Shown piece by piece: positions 47,579-57,444 of a stretch of 64,000 bases of DNA (positions within the stretch are counted from its first letter, which is position 1; every line of letters starts with the position of its first letter). The notes under the pieces are model-generated. The model worked only from the letters and a program-made list of their open reading frames with translations, did not search any database and was not told the origin of the DNA. Made by a program: the position numbers and the translations under genes. The DNA is from Oligoflexales bacterium (GTDB lineage Bacteria; Bdellovibrionota_B; Oligoflexia; Oligoflexales; Bog-1112): contig JBGCDR010000177.1 in the NCBI GenBank assembly GCA_045105515.1, positions 32,001 to 96,000 on the forward strand, written 5' to 3'.

Positions 47579-48142
47579 TTAGTTAGAGCTGTGGGGATCA
47601 TAAATAGATAGGGATTCTGTCGGGCTCCAACTATTTGCATCGACGTTGCCCTTGCCAATCTTTAAGACCGGCAAAATAGAAATAAAAGTATGAATCTTTA
47701 ATTCACCTTTTTGCAAATATCCACTAAGGCCATCCCCCTTGATAAAGTCTGGTTGACTGGTCTCCATTACCCAGACAAGTGGAGGGGTAGGCAGCAATTG
47801 ACCTAGTTCTTCTATCATCATCTTGTTTGAAGCAACTTCACAGGCGACAGTGTTGCTGAGCTCTCCTAATGCTGATTTCGCTAATTCTACTTGCTCATTA
47901 GGTTTGTTTGTGAGGGTCAAGACTTCTTTGAGCACAACTTGGGAAGCCTCTTCCGAAAATCCGAGCATTAGGTGCACCTGTGCAGTTTTATTTCGGAGCC
48001 CGATCTGCGCAAGATATTTTGATTTGAATGTAGGAGTCTGCTCAGGTTTAACATGATCAACCAATTCAAATTGTTGGTTAAAGAGAGTTTCGAGCATTTT
48101 AGCAGTGATTACATTTAGGTTTTCCAAGTGCTCTCTTTTCAT
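47579..48142 (-). CDS. cheX: CheX/CheC-family chemotaxis phosphatase
   Basis: SALGELSNTVA (ExxN) followed by PTPP. Start at 48142 or 48184. Confidence 0.7.
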   Translation of the reverse strand: MKREHLENLNVITAKMLETLFNQQFELVDHVKPEQTPTFKSKYLAQIGLRNKTAQVHLMLGFSEEASQVVLKEVLTLTNKPNEQVELAKSALGELSNTVACEVASNKMMIEELGQLLPTPPLVWVMETSQPDFIKGDGLSGYLQKGELKIHTFISILPVLKIGKGNVDANSWSPTESLSIYDPHSSN

Positions 48143-48330
48143 GCTTGCTTTCCCTTTAAGTTCCCGTGATGAAGACTTTAACATAGAGGCCTGTTATACT
48201 CTCAACTCCTTGTTCATTATAGCCTTTTTTGTCCACTCTATCCATGTTTTAGTACTAAAGTCACATATCTTATGAGTATGATATAATTGTAAGGAAATAA
48301 TGGCACAATTAAACATAGGAGAATTTTAAG

Positions 48331-48714
48331 ATGCCAAAGGTGGCCATTGTTGATGATGCTTTGCTTATTAGAATTCAAATGAAGAAATTTTTTGAAGATA
48401 TTATGAATTTTGAAGTTGTCGGACAAGGGGCTGATGGCAATGATGCTATTAAGATATATCGAGAGAAGCATCCCGACCTCATGACTTTGGACCTTACTAT
48501 GCCGAATAAAAGTGGGGTTGAAGCAATTCGTGAAATTATGCAAGAAAACCGTAGTGCATGTATTTTGGTCGTCAGTGCAATAAAAGAAGCGAGCATGATA
48601 ACTGAGGCATTACATCTTGGAGCAAAAGGGTTTGTAAACAAACCCTTACAATTTTCATCTGAAGAGTTTGTCGAATCCTTTAAAGAAGATATAGCAGATG
48701 CGATGGCGGATTAA
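48331..48714 (+). CDS. cheY: Single-domain response regulator, CheY-like
   Basis: IVDD, PDLMTLDLTMP, VSA, GAKGFVNKP. Confidence 0.85.
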   Translation: MPKVAIVDDALLIRIQMKKFFEDIMNFEVVGQGADGNDAIKIYREKHPDLMTLDLTMPNKSGVEAIREIMQENRSACILVVSAIKEASMITEALHLGAKGFVNKPLQFSSEEFVESFKEDIADAMAD

Positions 48715-48716
48715 TT

Positions 48717-50153
48717 ATGACTTCATTTAACACAGTAGTTATTGGTGGTGGTGCAGCAGGTTTGGTGTCGGCTTATATTAGCGCTGCCGTCAAGGCAAAA
48801 GTAGCTTTGGTAGAACGGGACCTTATGGGAGGAGATTGCCTCAATACAGGGTGTGTTCCATCTAAAGCTCTCATCAAGACCGCAAAATTTGTCCATGAGA
48901 TGAAACGCCATCAAGCTCTTGGCGTTAAGAGTGTTTCGTATGAACTTGACTTGAAAGACATAATGGATCGAGTTCATCAAACCATAGCAAAAATTGCACC
49001 TCATGACAGCATTGAAAGATATACAGGCTTGGGGGTTGATTGCTTCCAAGGTCAAGCAAATATATTGAATTCACGTGAGGTCGAGGTTGATGGTAAAGTT
49101 TTAAAAACCAAAAACATAATCCTTGCTCATGGTGCAGCCCCTTTCGTTCCTCCTATAAAAGGCTTGGATCAGGTTCCCTACCTCACCTCTGAAAATTTAT
49201 GGAAAATCGACCAACTGCCCGAAAAATTGATTGTCTTAGGAGGGGGACCTATTGGTTGTGAGCTTGCTCAAGCTTTTGCGCGCTTGGGATCCAATGTGAC
49301 CCAGGTTGAGATGATGCCAAGTATTCTCATCCGGGAAGATTCAGATGTTTCCGAATTGATACACAGGCAATTGAGCGAAGATGGTGTCAATATATTGGCT
49401 GATACTAAGGCGACTGAGGTTGAAAAGCGTTCGGATGGGACTTTTCTTATTTGTGAGGGAAAGGACAAGCAACAACTGAGTATACCTTTTGATAAAATTC
49501 TAGTGGCTGTTGGTAGAAAAGCCAGAACTGCTGGAATTGCTTGGGAAAAACTAGGTGTTTCGCTGAGACCAAATGGGACCATTGATGTGGATCCGTACCT
49601 GTGTGCAAACGGTAGCAATATTTTTGCAGCGGGTGACGTTACGGGTCCATACCAGTTTACTCATACCGCTTCTCACCAGGCATATTATGCATCCGTCAAT
49701 GCATTATTTAGACCAATCAAGTTTAAAGCTAACTATCGGGTGATTCCTTGGGTAACTTACACAGACCCTGAAGTAGCACAAGTTGGACTCAATGAAAAAG
49801 AAGCTAAAAAACAAGGTGTTCCCTGCCAAGTTGTTAAGTATGGAATTGATGATTTGGATCGGGCGATCACTGAATCAGAGGATCATGGCTTTGTGAAATT
49901 GCTAGTCGATCCTTCCAGTAGCAAGGGGCGTATTTTGGGTGCGACGATTGTTTCGCACAATGCTGGCGAGTTGAACACCGAGTTTGTGGCAGCAATGCAG
50001 CATGGTTTCGGCTTAAATCAAATATTAGGTACAGTTCACCCTTACCCAACCATGTCCGAAGCTAACAAGTATGCTGCGGGAGTTTGGAAACGGAGCCAAA
50101 CAAAACCTTGGATCATGAATCTCCTAAGTAAATTTCATGGTATGCGTCGATAA
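48717..50153 (+). CDS. FAD-dependent pyridine nucleotide-disulfide oxidoreductase (E3/MerA-like family)
   Basis: GGGAAG, GGDCLNTGCVPSK, GGGPIG, AAGDV, HPYPT. No MerA C-terminal Cys pair. Confidence 0.88.
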   Translation: MTSFNTVVIGGGAAGLVSAYISAAVKAKVALVERDLMGGDCLNTGCVPSKALIKTAKFVHEMKRHQALGVKSVSYELDLKDIMDRVHQTIAKIAPHDSIERYTGLGVDCFQGQANILNSREVEVDGKVLKTKNIILAHGAAPFVPPIKGLDQVPYLTSENLWKIDQLPEKLIVLGGGPIGCELAQAFARLGSNVTQVEMMPSILIREDSDVSELIHRQLSEDGVNILADTKATEVEKRSDGTFLICEGKDKQQLSIPFDKILVAVGRKARTAGIAWEKLGVSLRPNGTIDVDPYLCANGSNIFAAGDVTGPYQFTHTASHQAYYASVNALFRPIKFKANYRVIPWVTYTDPEVAQVGLNEKEAKKQGVPCQVVKYGIDDLDRAITESEDHGFVKLLVDPSSSKGRILGATIVSHNAGELNTEFVAAMQHGFGLNQILGTVHPYPTMSEANKYAAGVWKRSQTKPWIMNLLSKFHGMRR

Positions 50154-50155
50154 AA

Positions 50156-50959
50156 TTATTTACTCCTCAGTTTTTTGGATTGTTCGGTTGCAGTTACCAC
50201 TGCACTTATGAGCATTGATCTTAGTCCATGGGCTTCCAATTCATGAATAGCGTGGATTGTGGTGCCTCCAGGAGTAGTTACCCTATCTCTTAAAACTGCT
50301 GGATGAAGTCCGGTTTCACGAGCTAGCTTCGCTGATCCAAGAACAGTTTGAATAGATAAATCTAGAGCTAAGGGTCTGGAAAGTCCCATTTTAACTCCTC
50401 CATCGGTTAGTGATTCAATAACCATGCATATATAAGCTGGTCCACTGCCTGATAAGCCAGTTGCGGCATCTATCAAAGACTCTTCAGTAAAGTGGCAAAC
50501 TCCTACGGAACAAAAAATAGATTTAACTAGATTTTCATGAGCTTGACTGCATTTATCGTTTTTACTCAGGACAGTGGATGCACATCCTACAGTTGCAGCA
50601 ATGTTGGGCATAGCTCTAATTATTGCGCCTTTAAAATTAAGTGCTTTTGATAGGTCTTCGATGCTTGTTCCAGCAAGGATGGATATCACTAAGTTTTTCT
50701 CAGATATATGATCTTTTAGAGTTTCAGAAAGGTGTTGTAAGCCCTGAGGTTTGACGCAGATGAGTATTGCCTCTGCTTCTTTTATTGCCTTAATTGGATC
50801 GTAGAAAACTTCGATTTCTAGCTGACTAGTTATTGTTTCCTTATTTGAATTTTCTCTGAGCAATGCACTTAGTTGGATGTCGTGTTTGTCTTTATCCTTT
50901 TGAATACCTAAGGCCAAAGCACTACCCATGTTACCTAAACCGATAATAAGAGTTCTCAT
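50156..50959 (-). CDS. proC: Pyrroline-5-carboxylate reductase
   Basis: GLGNMG, VKPQ, RAMPN, TGLSGSGPAY, VTTPGGTT. Confidence 0.95.
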   Translation of the reverse strand: MRTLIIGLGNMGSALALGIQKDKDKHDIQLSALLRENSNKETITSQLEIEVFYDPIKAIKEAEAILICVKPQGLQHLSETLKDHISEKNLVISILAGTSIEDLSKALNFKGAIIRAMPNIAATVGCASTVLSKNDKCSQAHENLVKSIFCSVGVCHFTEESLIDAATGLSGSGPAYICMVIESLTDGGVKMGLSRPLALDLSIQTVLGSAKLARETGLHPAVLRDRVTTPGGTTIHAIHELEAHGLRSMLISAVVTATEQSKKLRSK

Positions 50960-51113
50960 TTCAATATCCTTACATTTTTAAAAAATCAATATCAATAATA
51001 TGGAATTTTTGTTTTTGCGGGAAGGAAAGGATAGGGTTTAAACCAATCATTGATCTGATTAAATCTTATGATTCAGCTAGTTTTTATTATGTAGGGGTGG
51101 GATTTTTGCCTCG

Positions 51114-51142
51114 TTGCTCAGTATGGGCGACTTTGCTATACT
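51114..51142 (+). promoter_or_regulatory. Probable sigma-70 promoter of the FHA-GGDEF gene
   Basis: TTGCTC-N17-TATACT with extended -10 TG. Confidence 0.5.
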
Positions 51143-51186
51143 AATCTTATCACTAAATCAAGATGATTATTGTACGGAATCTTGGC

Positions 51187-52101
51187 ATGTCAAATGAAGA
51201 CAAAACAGTTATAGCTGAAATTAGTCAAATAGACTTAAAACCTCATCGTCAAAAAAAATCTGTTGCCAGTTTAGTTCAGTACAGTGGAAGCGCACTTGGT
51301 AAGCGATACATGCTTGCAGGTGAAAAGCTAACCATTGGGCGCTCAGTAGACGCTGATATTACCATAGGTGAGGCAAGTGTTTCTCGGATACATGCCAGAA
51401 TAATCCAACAGAACGAAAATATAATCATCGAAGATGCTGGAAGTGCTAATGGCACTTATATCAATGACCAAAAAGTTATTGGACGAATGTCTTTGAATGA
51501 TCAAGATATGCTAAGGCTTGGTACTGTCCTACTTAAATTCTTTTCAAGCGATAATATTGATGGTTTTATTCAAGATAAGATTTACCGAATGGCCACCATC
51601 GATGCCGGTACTCAGATTTATAACAAACAATACCTTTTAGACTCTCTTACAAGTGAGTTTCAGTCAAGTATAAGTTCTGGAAGAAAGATGTCTATCATCT
51701 ATTACGACCTGGATCATTTTAAAAGGGTTAATGATACTTACGGCCATAATGCTGGGGACCAAATTTTAAGAGAAAGCTCCCATTTAGTAAAAAAGCTGAT
51801 ACGCAAAGATGACATATTAGGGCGTTTTGGTGGCGAAGAATTTATCATCATTTTACCAAATACAGACTCAAAAACAGCTTATGAGCTTGGAGAACGCGTT
51901 CGATCCGCATGCGCGAACCATATCTATAAGCTTGAAGTGGTTTCGGGTGGAAAAAAGCAGCTTGTTCAGCATCAGCAAACCTTTTCGGTTGGAATCTCAC
52001 AAATCAGCTCAAAAATGCGCACGCCTAAAGATCTATTGGAATCCGCTGATAAGAAATTATATGCTTCCAAGCAAAGTGGGCGAAACAAAGTGACTGTGTA
52101 G
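51187..52101 (+). CDS. dgcB: FHA-domain diguanylate cyclase (DgcB-like)
   Basis: N-terminal tail EDKTVI, FHA motifs IGRS, SRIHA and GSANGTYIN, DLDHFKRVNDTYGH, I-site RKDD, active site GGEEF. Confidence 0.85.
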   Translation: MSNEDKTVIAEISQIDLKPHRQKKSVASLVQYSGSALGKRYMLAGEKLTIGRSVDADITIGEASVSRIHARIIQQNENIIIEDAGSANGTYINDQKVIGRMSLNDQDMLRLGTVLLKFFSSDNIDGFIQDKIYRMATIDAGTQIYNKQYLLDSLTSEFQSSISSGRKMSIIYYDLDHFKRVNDTYGHNAGDQILRESSHLVKKLIRKDDILGRFGGEEFIIILPNTDSKTAYELGERVRSACANHIYKLEVVSGGKKQLVQHQQTFSVGISQISSKMRTPKDLLESADKKLYASKQSGRNKVTV

Positions 52102-52251
52102 ACAAGTAATACTTATAATTTAAAGCGTCTTAGTTTATTTAGCCTGCCAACGACATATGAGTTTTCTAAGAAGGTCTAATATAATATCTATAAAAAGTAG
52201 TCAACTTACGAAAGTAAGAAAACAACACTTAAGCTTTTTTTGGGTTGCCTT

Positions 52252-52845
52252 ATGATCGCTCGTAGTTTATTAATTTTATTGGTGTTTGTTAATTCTTGCT
52301 CACACTCCCCAACAACTAGCGGAAGCAATGTTGCGATTAAGCTTCATCCTTCTCTAAACGATGATTATGCTTACCTGGAAATTTTAGAGAAAGATACTCG
52401 CAGTACCGAGGTATATGATAACTTCGAGACGAAGTTTCATATTCATGCCACTTACCTTTCTCCGCAATTCCGGAGGGCGTTTGATAAAAGATTGTCATAT
52501 TTGATGAAAGAGGCTCCTTTTAGTCTAGGCGAAGCTAGCAGCAATACGGGATTTTTTATTTCCGTTTTTGCGCCTGAAGACAAGCGGGTAAATCTAAACA
52601 ATCAAAACCTTTGGACAATCTCAATGAAAAACAAAAACAAGAAGTACTTCCCAACAGTTGTAAGAGCATTGTCAGATAAGGAACGTTGGGAGGTATTTTT
52701 TTCCCATGTAAATAAATGGTCTAAAGAGTTTATTATCATGTTCGATGTTCCCTCAATTACTCCCCAATCTCCAGATTTAGTTGCCAAAGATCAACTAAAA
52801 CTACTGCTTTCAAATTCGGATGCTTCGGTAATGATGACCTGGTAA
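52252..52845 (+). CDS. Hypothetical lipoprotein
   Basis: MIARSLLILLVFVNSC lipobox-like N-terminus. Confidence 0.75.
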   Translation: MIARSLLILLVFVNSCSHSPTTSGSNVAIKLHPSLNDDYAYLEILEKDTRSTEVYDNFETKFHIHATYLSPQFRRAFDKRLSYLMKEAPFSLGEASSNTGFFISVFAPEDKRVNLNNQNLWTISMKNKNKKYFPTVVRALSDKERWEVFFSHVNKWSKEFIIMFDVPSITPQSPDLVAKDQLKLLLSNSDASVMMTW

Positions 52846-53059
52846 TAAGTCAAAAAGTAGATTCTTTCCGAATGTTCAGCATTGCCTCGAAGGCGATTTC
52901 TTATCTTAAATGCCTTTTCTAAAAGTGAGAATTCCAAACATTTATATTTCTGTCTTTTTCTTGTTCGTTTCTATTAGCTCCACTCTATTCTCAGGCTCTG
53001 TTAAAATATCTATGAAGGTTTTAGAGCATAAATACTTAATAGCTCTAAGGTGGATTGCT

Positions 53060-53491
53060 ATGAATAGAGAAATTTTATTTCAAATATGTGATGTTTGTGA
53101 AGAGATACTGAATGAAATAAGTAATCATCTAAGCTATTTAAACATTAGCGTGTACAAGAGTGAGTCTATCAGCAAGATTAATGAGCAGATTGAACAGCTA
53201 AGAATGCTGATGGGAAGTATTACTATTGCTACGGCTATTGAACCGTTTCTTGATTTTGAAGCTGAAAAAATCAATAAGGTTCCAGTTCCCGGCGAATGTT
53301 CGTTTAGTATGCGGGTTCATAGGTTACTTATAAATATTAGGCTGGTCATAAAAAATATAAGAAAATCTTATGTAGAAAGCGAAGATTATTCCTCAGTTGA
53401 TGCTTTAGAAAAAGTTAAGAAGCATAAAGCTACTTTACAATCCAGTTGTCCAGTTGGTAGCAAGCGTTGGAAATTTTTACAAAGTATTTAG
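53060..53491 (+). CDS. Hypothetical helical protein
   Basis: ATG 53060 with SD AGGTGG (track start 52910 is probably over-extended); four Cys including CDVC. Confidence 0.6.
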   Translation: MNREILFQICDVCEEILNEISNHLSYLNISVYKSESISKINEQIEQLRMLMGSITIATAIEPFLDFEAEKINKVPVPGECSFSMRVHRLLINIRLVIKNIRKSYVESEDYSSVDALEKVKKHKATLQSSCPVGSKRWKFLQSI

Positions 53492-53513
53492 TAAATCTTA
53501 GGAACCAAATGAA

Positions 53514-55811
53514 TTGCGTCTATTCTACATACTGATCGCTGCCTTTTTAATATTATCTATTCTGCCGTTATTTGCTAAAGTAGGTCAAAATCTAGAGTAC
53601 GAGTACTCCTTGATCTTTAGCTGGCTTGTACTAATTATTATTCCTTTAGGTATACTTTTTCTTCCCAAGCGTTACCTTTACGATGCTCACCATAAACTAT
53701 TGATTCTAGATAAACCTGAATGGTATGCAGGACTATACATTATTATTTGTCTTGTTATTTCTTTACTCATAGGATGGTCCCAATTTTTATTGGGTTCTTG
53801 CAGATGTACTCCTTCTGAATTTTGGTTGTGGTATGGCCTTAACAGTATACCTGCAGTTATTCTAAGTCTACTCTTGTGTTTAGTGCTTATTAATTGGGGA
53901 GTGAAGTATTCTCGAAAAAAAATGATTGGTTTGCTTTCAGCATTTTATCTAATGTCATTCCTAGATTTATTTTTTTGGCTATGGTTCTTCCCCCAAAAAC
54001 GTATCAGTCATTTTGTCTTTGGGTTCTTACATGGTCCTATCTATGATCGTTACATACCTGTTGATATGGGAATTATTTTTATTCGCTCAGCGCATTTGTT
54101 CTTAAGCCTTGGACTGTTCTTTGCAATTATTTCCGCTTATTATAGCAAAAAAAAGGTTTTATCTTTGATTCTATTGTCTTGTTATTTTTTGAGCGCTTGG
54201 TATTCATCTCAGTACTCAAGTGTCGGCCATGGAGCTAAGCGCTTAAAAATGGTTTTGCCTGAAACTTATGAAGAAGAAGGATTTTTAATCCATTATGTAA
54301 AAGGAAAAAATGGCAAATACCTGAATGCAGCTCGGAATCTAGTTTTGGAAAGCAGGTTTCATTTATCAGAATTAAAAGAAAAGTTGAAGCTGTCAAAGTC
54401 ATCTAAAGTCCACATTTATGCTTACCCATCGTCATTGACTAAAAAGCTTGCATTTGGTGGGGGGGGGACAGATGTGACTGATGTGTTTACTCCTTCAATT
54501 CATATTAGCTTAACATCTCAACTATACCCTAGTTTGAGGCATGAGCTGGTTCATGCATTGGGCTCGGATTTTGGATTCTTTGGTCTGGGATTTCATCCTA
54601 ATATGGCTTTGACTGAAGGTTTGGCAGTTGCATTGGCACCTGAGTTGCGATCTCTTGATATTCACGAAGGGGCATATGAGATTCTTAAGAGAAATTCCTT
54701 TGTTTCCATAGAAATACTTTTTTCACCTTTTTTCTGGATGGTTGCTGGTCCGCGTTCTTATACTATTTCGGGTTCTTTGGTGTCCTACCTGCTTGCACAG
54801 TTTGGAGCAGAAGGTCTTAAAAGTCTTTACTCTGGCCAAAGTTTTGAACAGGCTTTCCAGATGGACAGCAAGAAGGTATTTAAAAACTGGTTTTTATATA
54901 TAAAAAAAATATCGGAAAACAAGGAAAATTCCATTCTAGCTGAATCAATTTTTCGTTCACCAGGTGCATTGTACGAAAAGTGCACTCATAGCAAACCTGT
55001 TCTCAGAAAAAAAGCTAAGGATGGGAGTTTTCTAAAGTTTAGGCAGCCCGCAGATTGGAAGGTGAAAAGGGATTATGATCCTTGGTTTTTAAGTTTAGAC
55101 CCTGACTCTAAAGAGGCACGAACGAGAATGTTATTTCGTGAGGCGCAGAGTTTTTCAAAGGTAATTTTCGGTGATTCTGATCGAAATGTTTCCCAAGAGC
55201 TAAAGGGATTAGATAAAAAAATTTTTACAGAAATTGATCGACCTTTTAGGTACTTAGAAGACTCAGAGTTACAACTTCTTCAAAGTGACCTTTGGTTTCA
55301 TTTAAATCGAAAAAATTCAATAAGAATCTTAAGTGAGCTTGCAGATGAGCTTGAAAATAAAAATTTTGGTGAGGTCATATCTAGGAAGGTATTCGCACGG
55401 GTCATATTAGAACAAGGGTTAAATTTGGAAAATATAAGAATATGGAGGAGGTACCTAGCCGGTTGGGGTAGATTACCAAAAAGAGCACAACATTACCATA
55501 CTGCTCTTTCCGAGCCATGGCTTCTTCAGTATTTGAGATTGAGGAATCAAGGTGATGAAGATTGGAAAGCTTTGAATGTCAATCAGAGGGCTTTTGAATC
55601 AGAGGTGCCTCATGAATTTCCGAATACATTCAAAGAGCAATGGTTCGCCTATCTAGCAAAGAACTTTTTAAAGCATAAAGACTATAAAAGGGCAGCAAAA
55701 GCGTGGAAAAAATGTTCTGAGTATTCAAAAAGTGGAAAAATACATCGCTACCTGGAGCTTTCACGTATGGCTGAATTCTTTAGGAAACATGAAAAGAATA
55801 TTGTCCTATGA
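53514..55811 (+). CDS. Polytopic membrane protein with gluzincin (HExxH...E) metallopeptidase domain and helical/TPR-like C-terminus
   Basis: About 7 N-terminal TM helices; LRHELVH...LTEGLA; SYTISGSLVSYLLAQFGAE. Confidence 0.75.
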   Translation: MRLFYILIAAFLILSILPLFAKVGQNLEYEYSLIFSWLVLIIIPLGILFLPKRYLYDAHHKLLILDKPEWYAGLYIIICLVISLLIGWSQFLLGSCRCTPSEFWLWYGLNSIPAVILSLLLCLVLINWGVKYSRKKMIGLLSAFYLMSFLDLFFWLWFFPQKRISHFVFGFLHGPIYDRYIPVDMGIIFIRSAHLFLSLGLFFAIISAYYSKKKVLSLILLSCYFLSAWYSSQYSSVGHGAKRLKMVLPETYEEEGFLIHYVKGKNGKYLNAARNLVLESRFHLSELKEKLKLSKSSKVHIYAYPSSLTKKLAFGGGGTDVTDVFTPSIHISLTSQLYPSLRHELVHALGSDFGFFGLGFHPNMALTEGLAVALAPELRSLDIHEGAYEILKRNSFVSIEILFSPFFWMVAGPRSYTISGSLVSYLLAQFGAEGLKSLYSGQSFEQAFQMDSKKVFKNWFLYIKKISENKENSILAESIFRSPGALYEKCTHSKPVLRKKAKDGSFLKFRQPADWKVKRDYDPWFLSLDPDSKEARTRMLFREAQSFSKVIFGDSDRNVSQELKGLDKKIFTEIDRPFRYLEDSELQLLQSDLWFHLNRKNSIRILSELADELENKNFGEVISRKVFARVILEQGLNLENIRIWRRYLAGWGRLPKRAQHYHTALSEPWLLQYLRLRNQGDEDWKALNVNQRAFESEVPHEFPNTFKEQWFAYLAKNFLKHKDYKRAAKAWKKCSEYSKSGKIHRYLELSRMAEFFRKHEKNIVL

Positions 55812-55845
55812 AGCTCTTTCTTATTAATTGTATATGAAAATTCGA

Positions 55846-56910
55846 TTAGTCTTTGTTTTCGATAATATAGTTGGACAAGTATGCTTCTTCGGAATTCGTT
55901 AATTTTGCACGTCCAAACCATAGTTTGCCGAGATCTTGTGCGGTAAGAGTCCCATGATTTAAACCAAATTTTAGACCATCAATATCAAGATATAGTGGGA
56001 AAGAAGTGTCAGAATTTTCAAATATTATGCCCGAGTCCAAGTTTAATTTGGACTCATAACGATGTTCGCCAATATAAAACTCTCCTTCATCAAGATTAAA
56101 ATCAAACTTAAATTTTGAAATAGGAGGCAATTTAAGATTATTTTTGTCTAAACGTCGAATGTATTTGATTTCGAATTTATGGTCCAAATTAGCATAGTAG
56201 ATCGCAGCATCAAACCAGGTACTATTCAAGATTGCTTGCTTTTTACCATCTTCTTGTTCGCTTAAAACCAGTTTTACTTTTTGCTTGGGTAAGTTAGATT
56301 TTTCACGGTGCCAGCCTATAAAATGTAATTTTTCTGCAGCTTTCTTTAAAATGATGCGTATATTTTCTGTCCGAAGAGCAAATTTTTTAATATCTATTTG
56401 CTTCTCGCTTAAGAAAAAATCTTTTATTTGTAGTTTGTGAAGTTTATAAATTTTCCTGGATTTAAAGGTTAAGTTACTTAAATTCATTTTTTCAATGCGG
56501 ATATCAGGTAGCGCTTCAAGTTCCTGATTTTGATCTTTATCTTTATCAAAACCCTCGGCTTCAGGAGATTTTCTTTCTATTTTCGGTGACCGCCGATTTT
56601 TTCTAGAAGAAGATGGTAAATTAAAAACTCCATCCTCTGCAAGTATTTTACTGAAAGAAATGATGTTTGATTCTTCGTCGTAATCAAACGATATATCTAA
56701 ATGTTTTAGAGTAAGCCAGTTAGAGCTGGCTTCTTCCACCATGATTCCACTACTAAGTGAACCTTCTAGCTTGGAGTAAGAAATATCCATTGCAGATGCA
56801 ATTAAGGAGAATGGCAATGAGGTATAAAGAAAAATATAATATATACTTATGGGTATTACAAAAAAAATGAAAAAAACTATACAAACTAATATGATCAAGA
56901 AAATCTGCAT
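55846..56910 (-). CDS. Hypothetical TM-anchored beta-rich protein (AsmA/TamB-like N-terminus)
   Basis: N-terminal TM, LEGSLSSGI, LPDIRIEKMNLSNLTF beta repeats. Confidence 0.55.
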   Translation of the reverse strand: MQIFLIILVCIVFFIFFVIPISIYYIFLYTSLPFSLIASAMDISYSKLEGSLSSGIMVEEASSNWLTLKHLDISFDYDEESNIISFSKILAEDGVFNLPSSSRKNRRSPKIERKSPEAEGFDKDKDQNQELEALPDIRIEKMNLSNLTFKSRKIYKLHKLQIKDFFLSEKQIDIKKFALRTENIRIILKKAAEKLHFIGWHREKSNLPKQKVKLVLSEQEDGKKQAILNSTWFDAAIYYANLDHKFEIKYIRRLDKNNLKLPPISKFKFDFNLDEGEFYIGEHRYESKLNLDSGIIFENSDTSFPLYLDIDGLKFGLNHGTLTAQDLGKLWFGRAKLTNSEEAYLSNYIIENKD

Positions 56911-57113
56911 GAATTAATCTCATTTGATTTTTTTTATACATTGAGATATCGGTCGAAACTCTCATTTAGATAACTTTATAGTTTTTCCAGAATCACAATT
57001 TATTAACAAGTAAGCTAACACCATGTATGATTACTTATTAGTGAATAAGTTGACTGGATTTATTTTAGTTCTCGAGATTATTTTTTAACCCACCGTAAAG
57101 TAAAGCGGATTTT

Positions 57114-57440
57114 ATGAACAAAGATCATGAAGATTTATACCGGGTTCGGTTTCAAAGCAAAGACGACAAGCAACCCTTAGAAGTAGTAGTTAAATCAGTG
57201 GGTTCTAGTGAGTTTTTAGGATTATTATCTTTGGAGGGATTTGTATTCAGCGACCAGACTAAACAGGTCATACTCCCTACTGAAGATGAAGCTCGCAAGA
57301 GGTTTAGCAAAATAAACCGCCTTCATATTCCTTATCACAATATTTTGTTTATAGAAGAATTTCACCAAGAGGAACCTGATTTAAAGAACTTACCTTTTAT
57401 AAAGGAAGTGGAAAATAAGGTGCAGGAGGACCTGAGCTAG
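57114..57440 (+). CDS. DUF1820-like protein
   Basis: YRVRF...S.FLG...FVF...P.ED..RKRF....LHIP...I..IEE pattern. Confidence 0.7.
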   Translation: MNKDHEDLYRVRFQSKDDKQPLEVVVKSVGSSEFLGLLSLEGFVFSDQTKQVILPTEDEARKRFSKINRLHIPYHNILFIEEFHQEEPDLKNLPFIKEVENKVQEDLS

Positions 57441-57444
57441 ACTC

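Noticed and set aside
48717..50153. Calling this gene merA or the PDH E3 (lpdA)
   Set aside because: No C-terminal Cys-Cys or mer genes, and it is 21 kb from pdhABC; only the family-level call is supported.
56944..56975. Sigma-28-like -10 (ACCGATAT) upstream of 55846..56910
   Set aside because: No TAAA at the proper 15-nt spacing.
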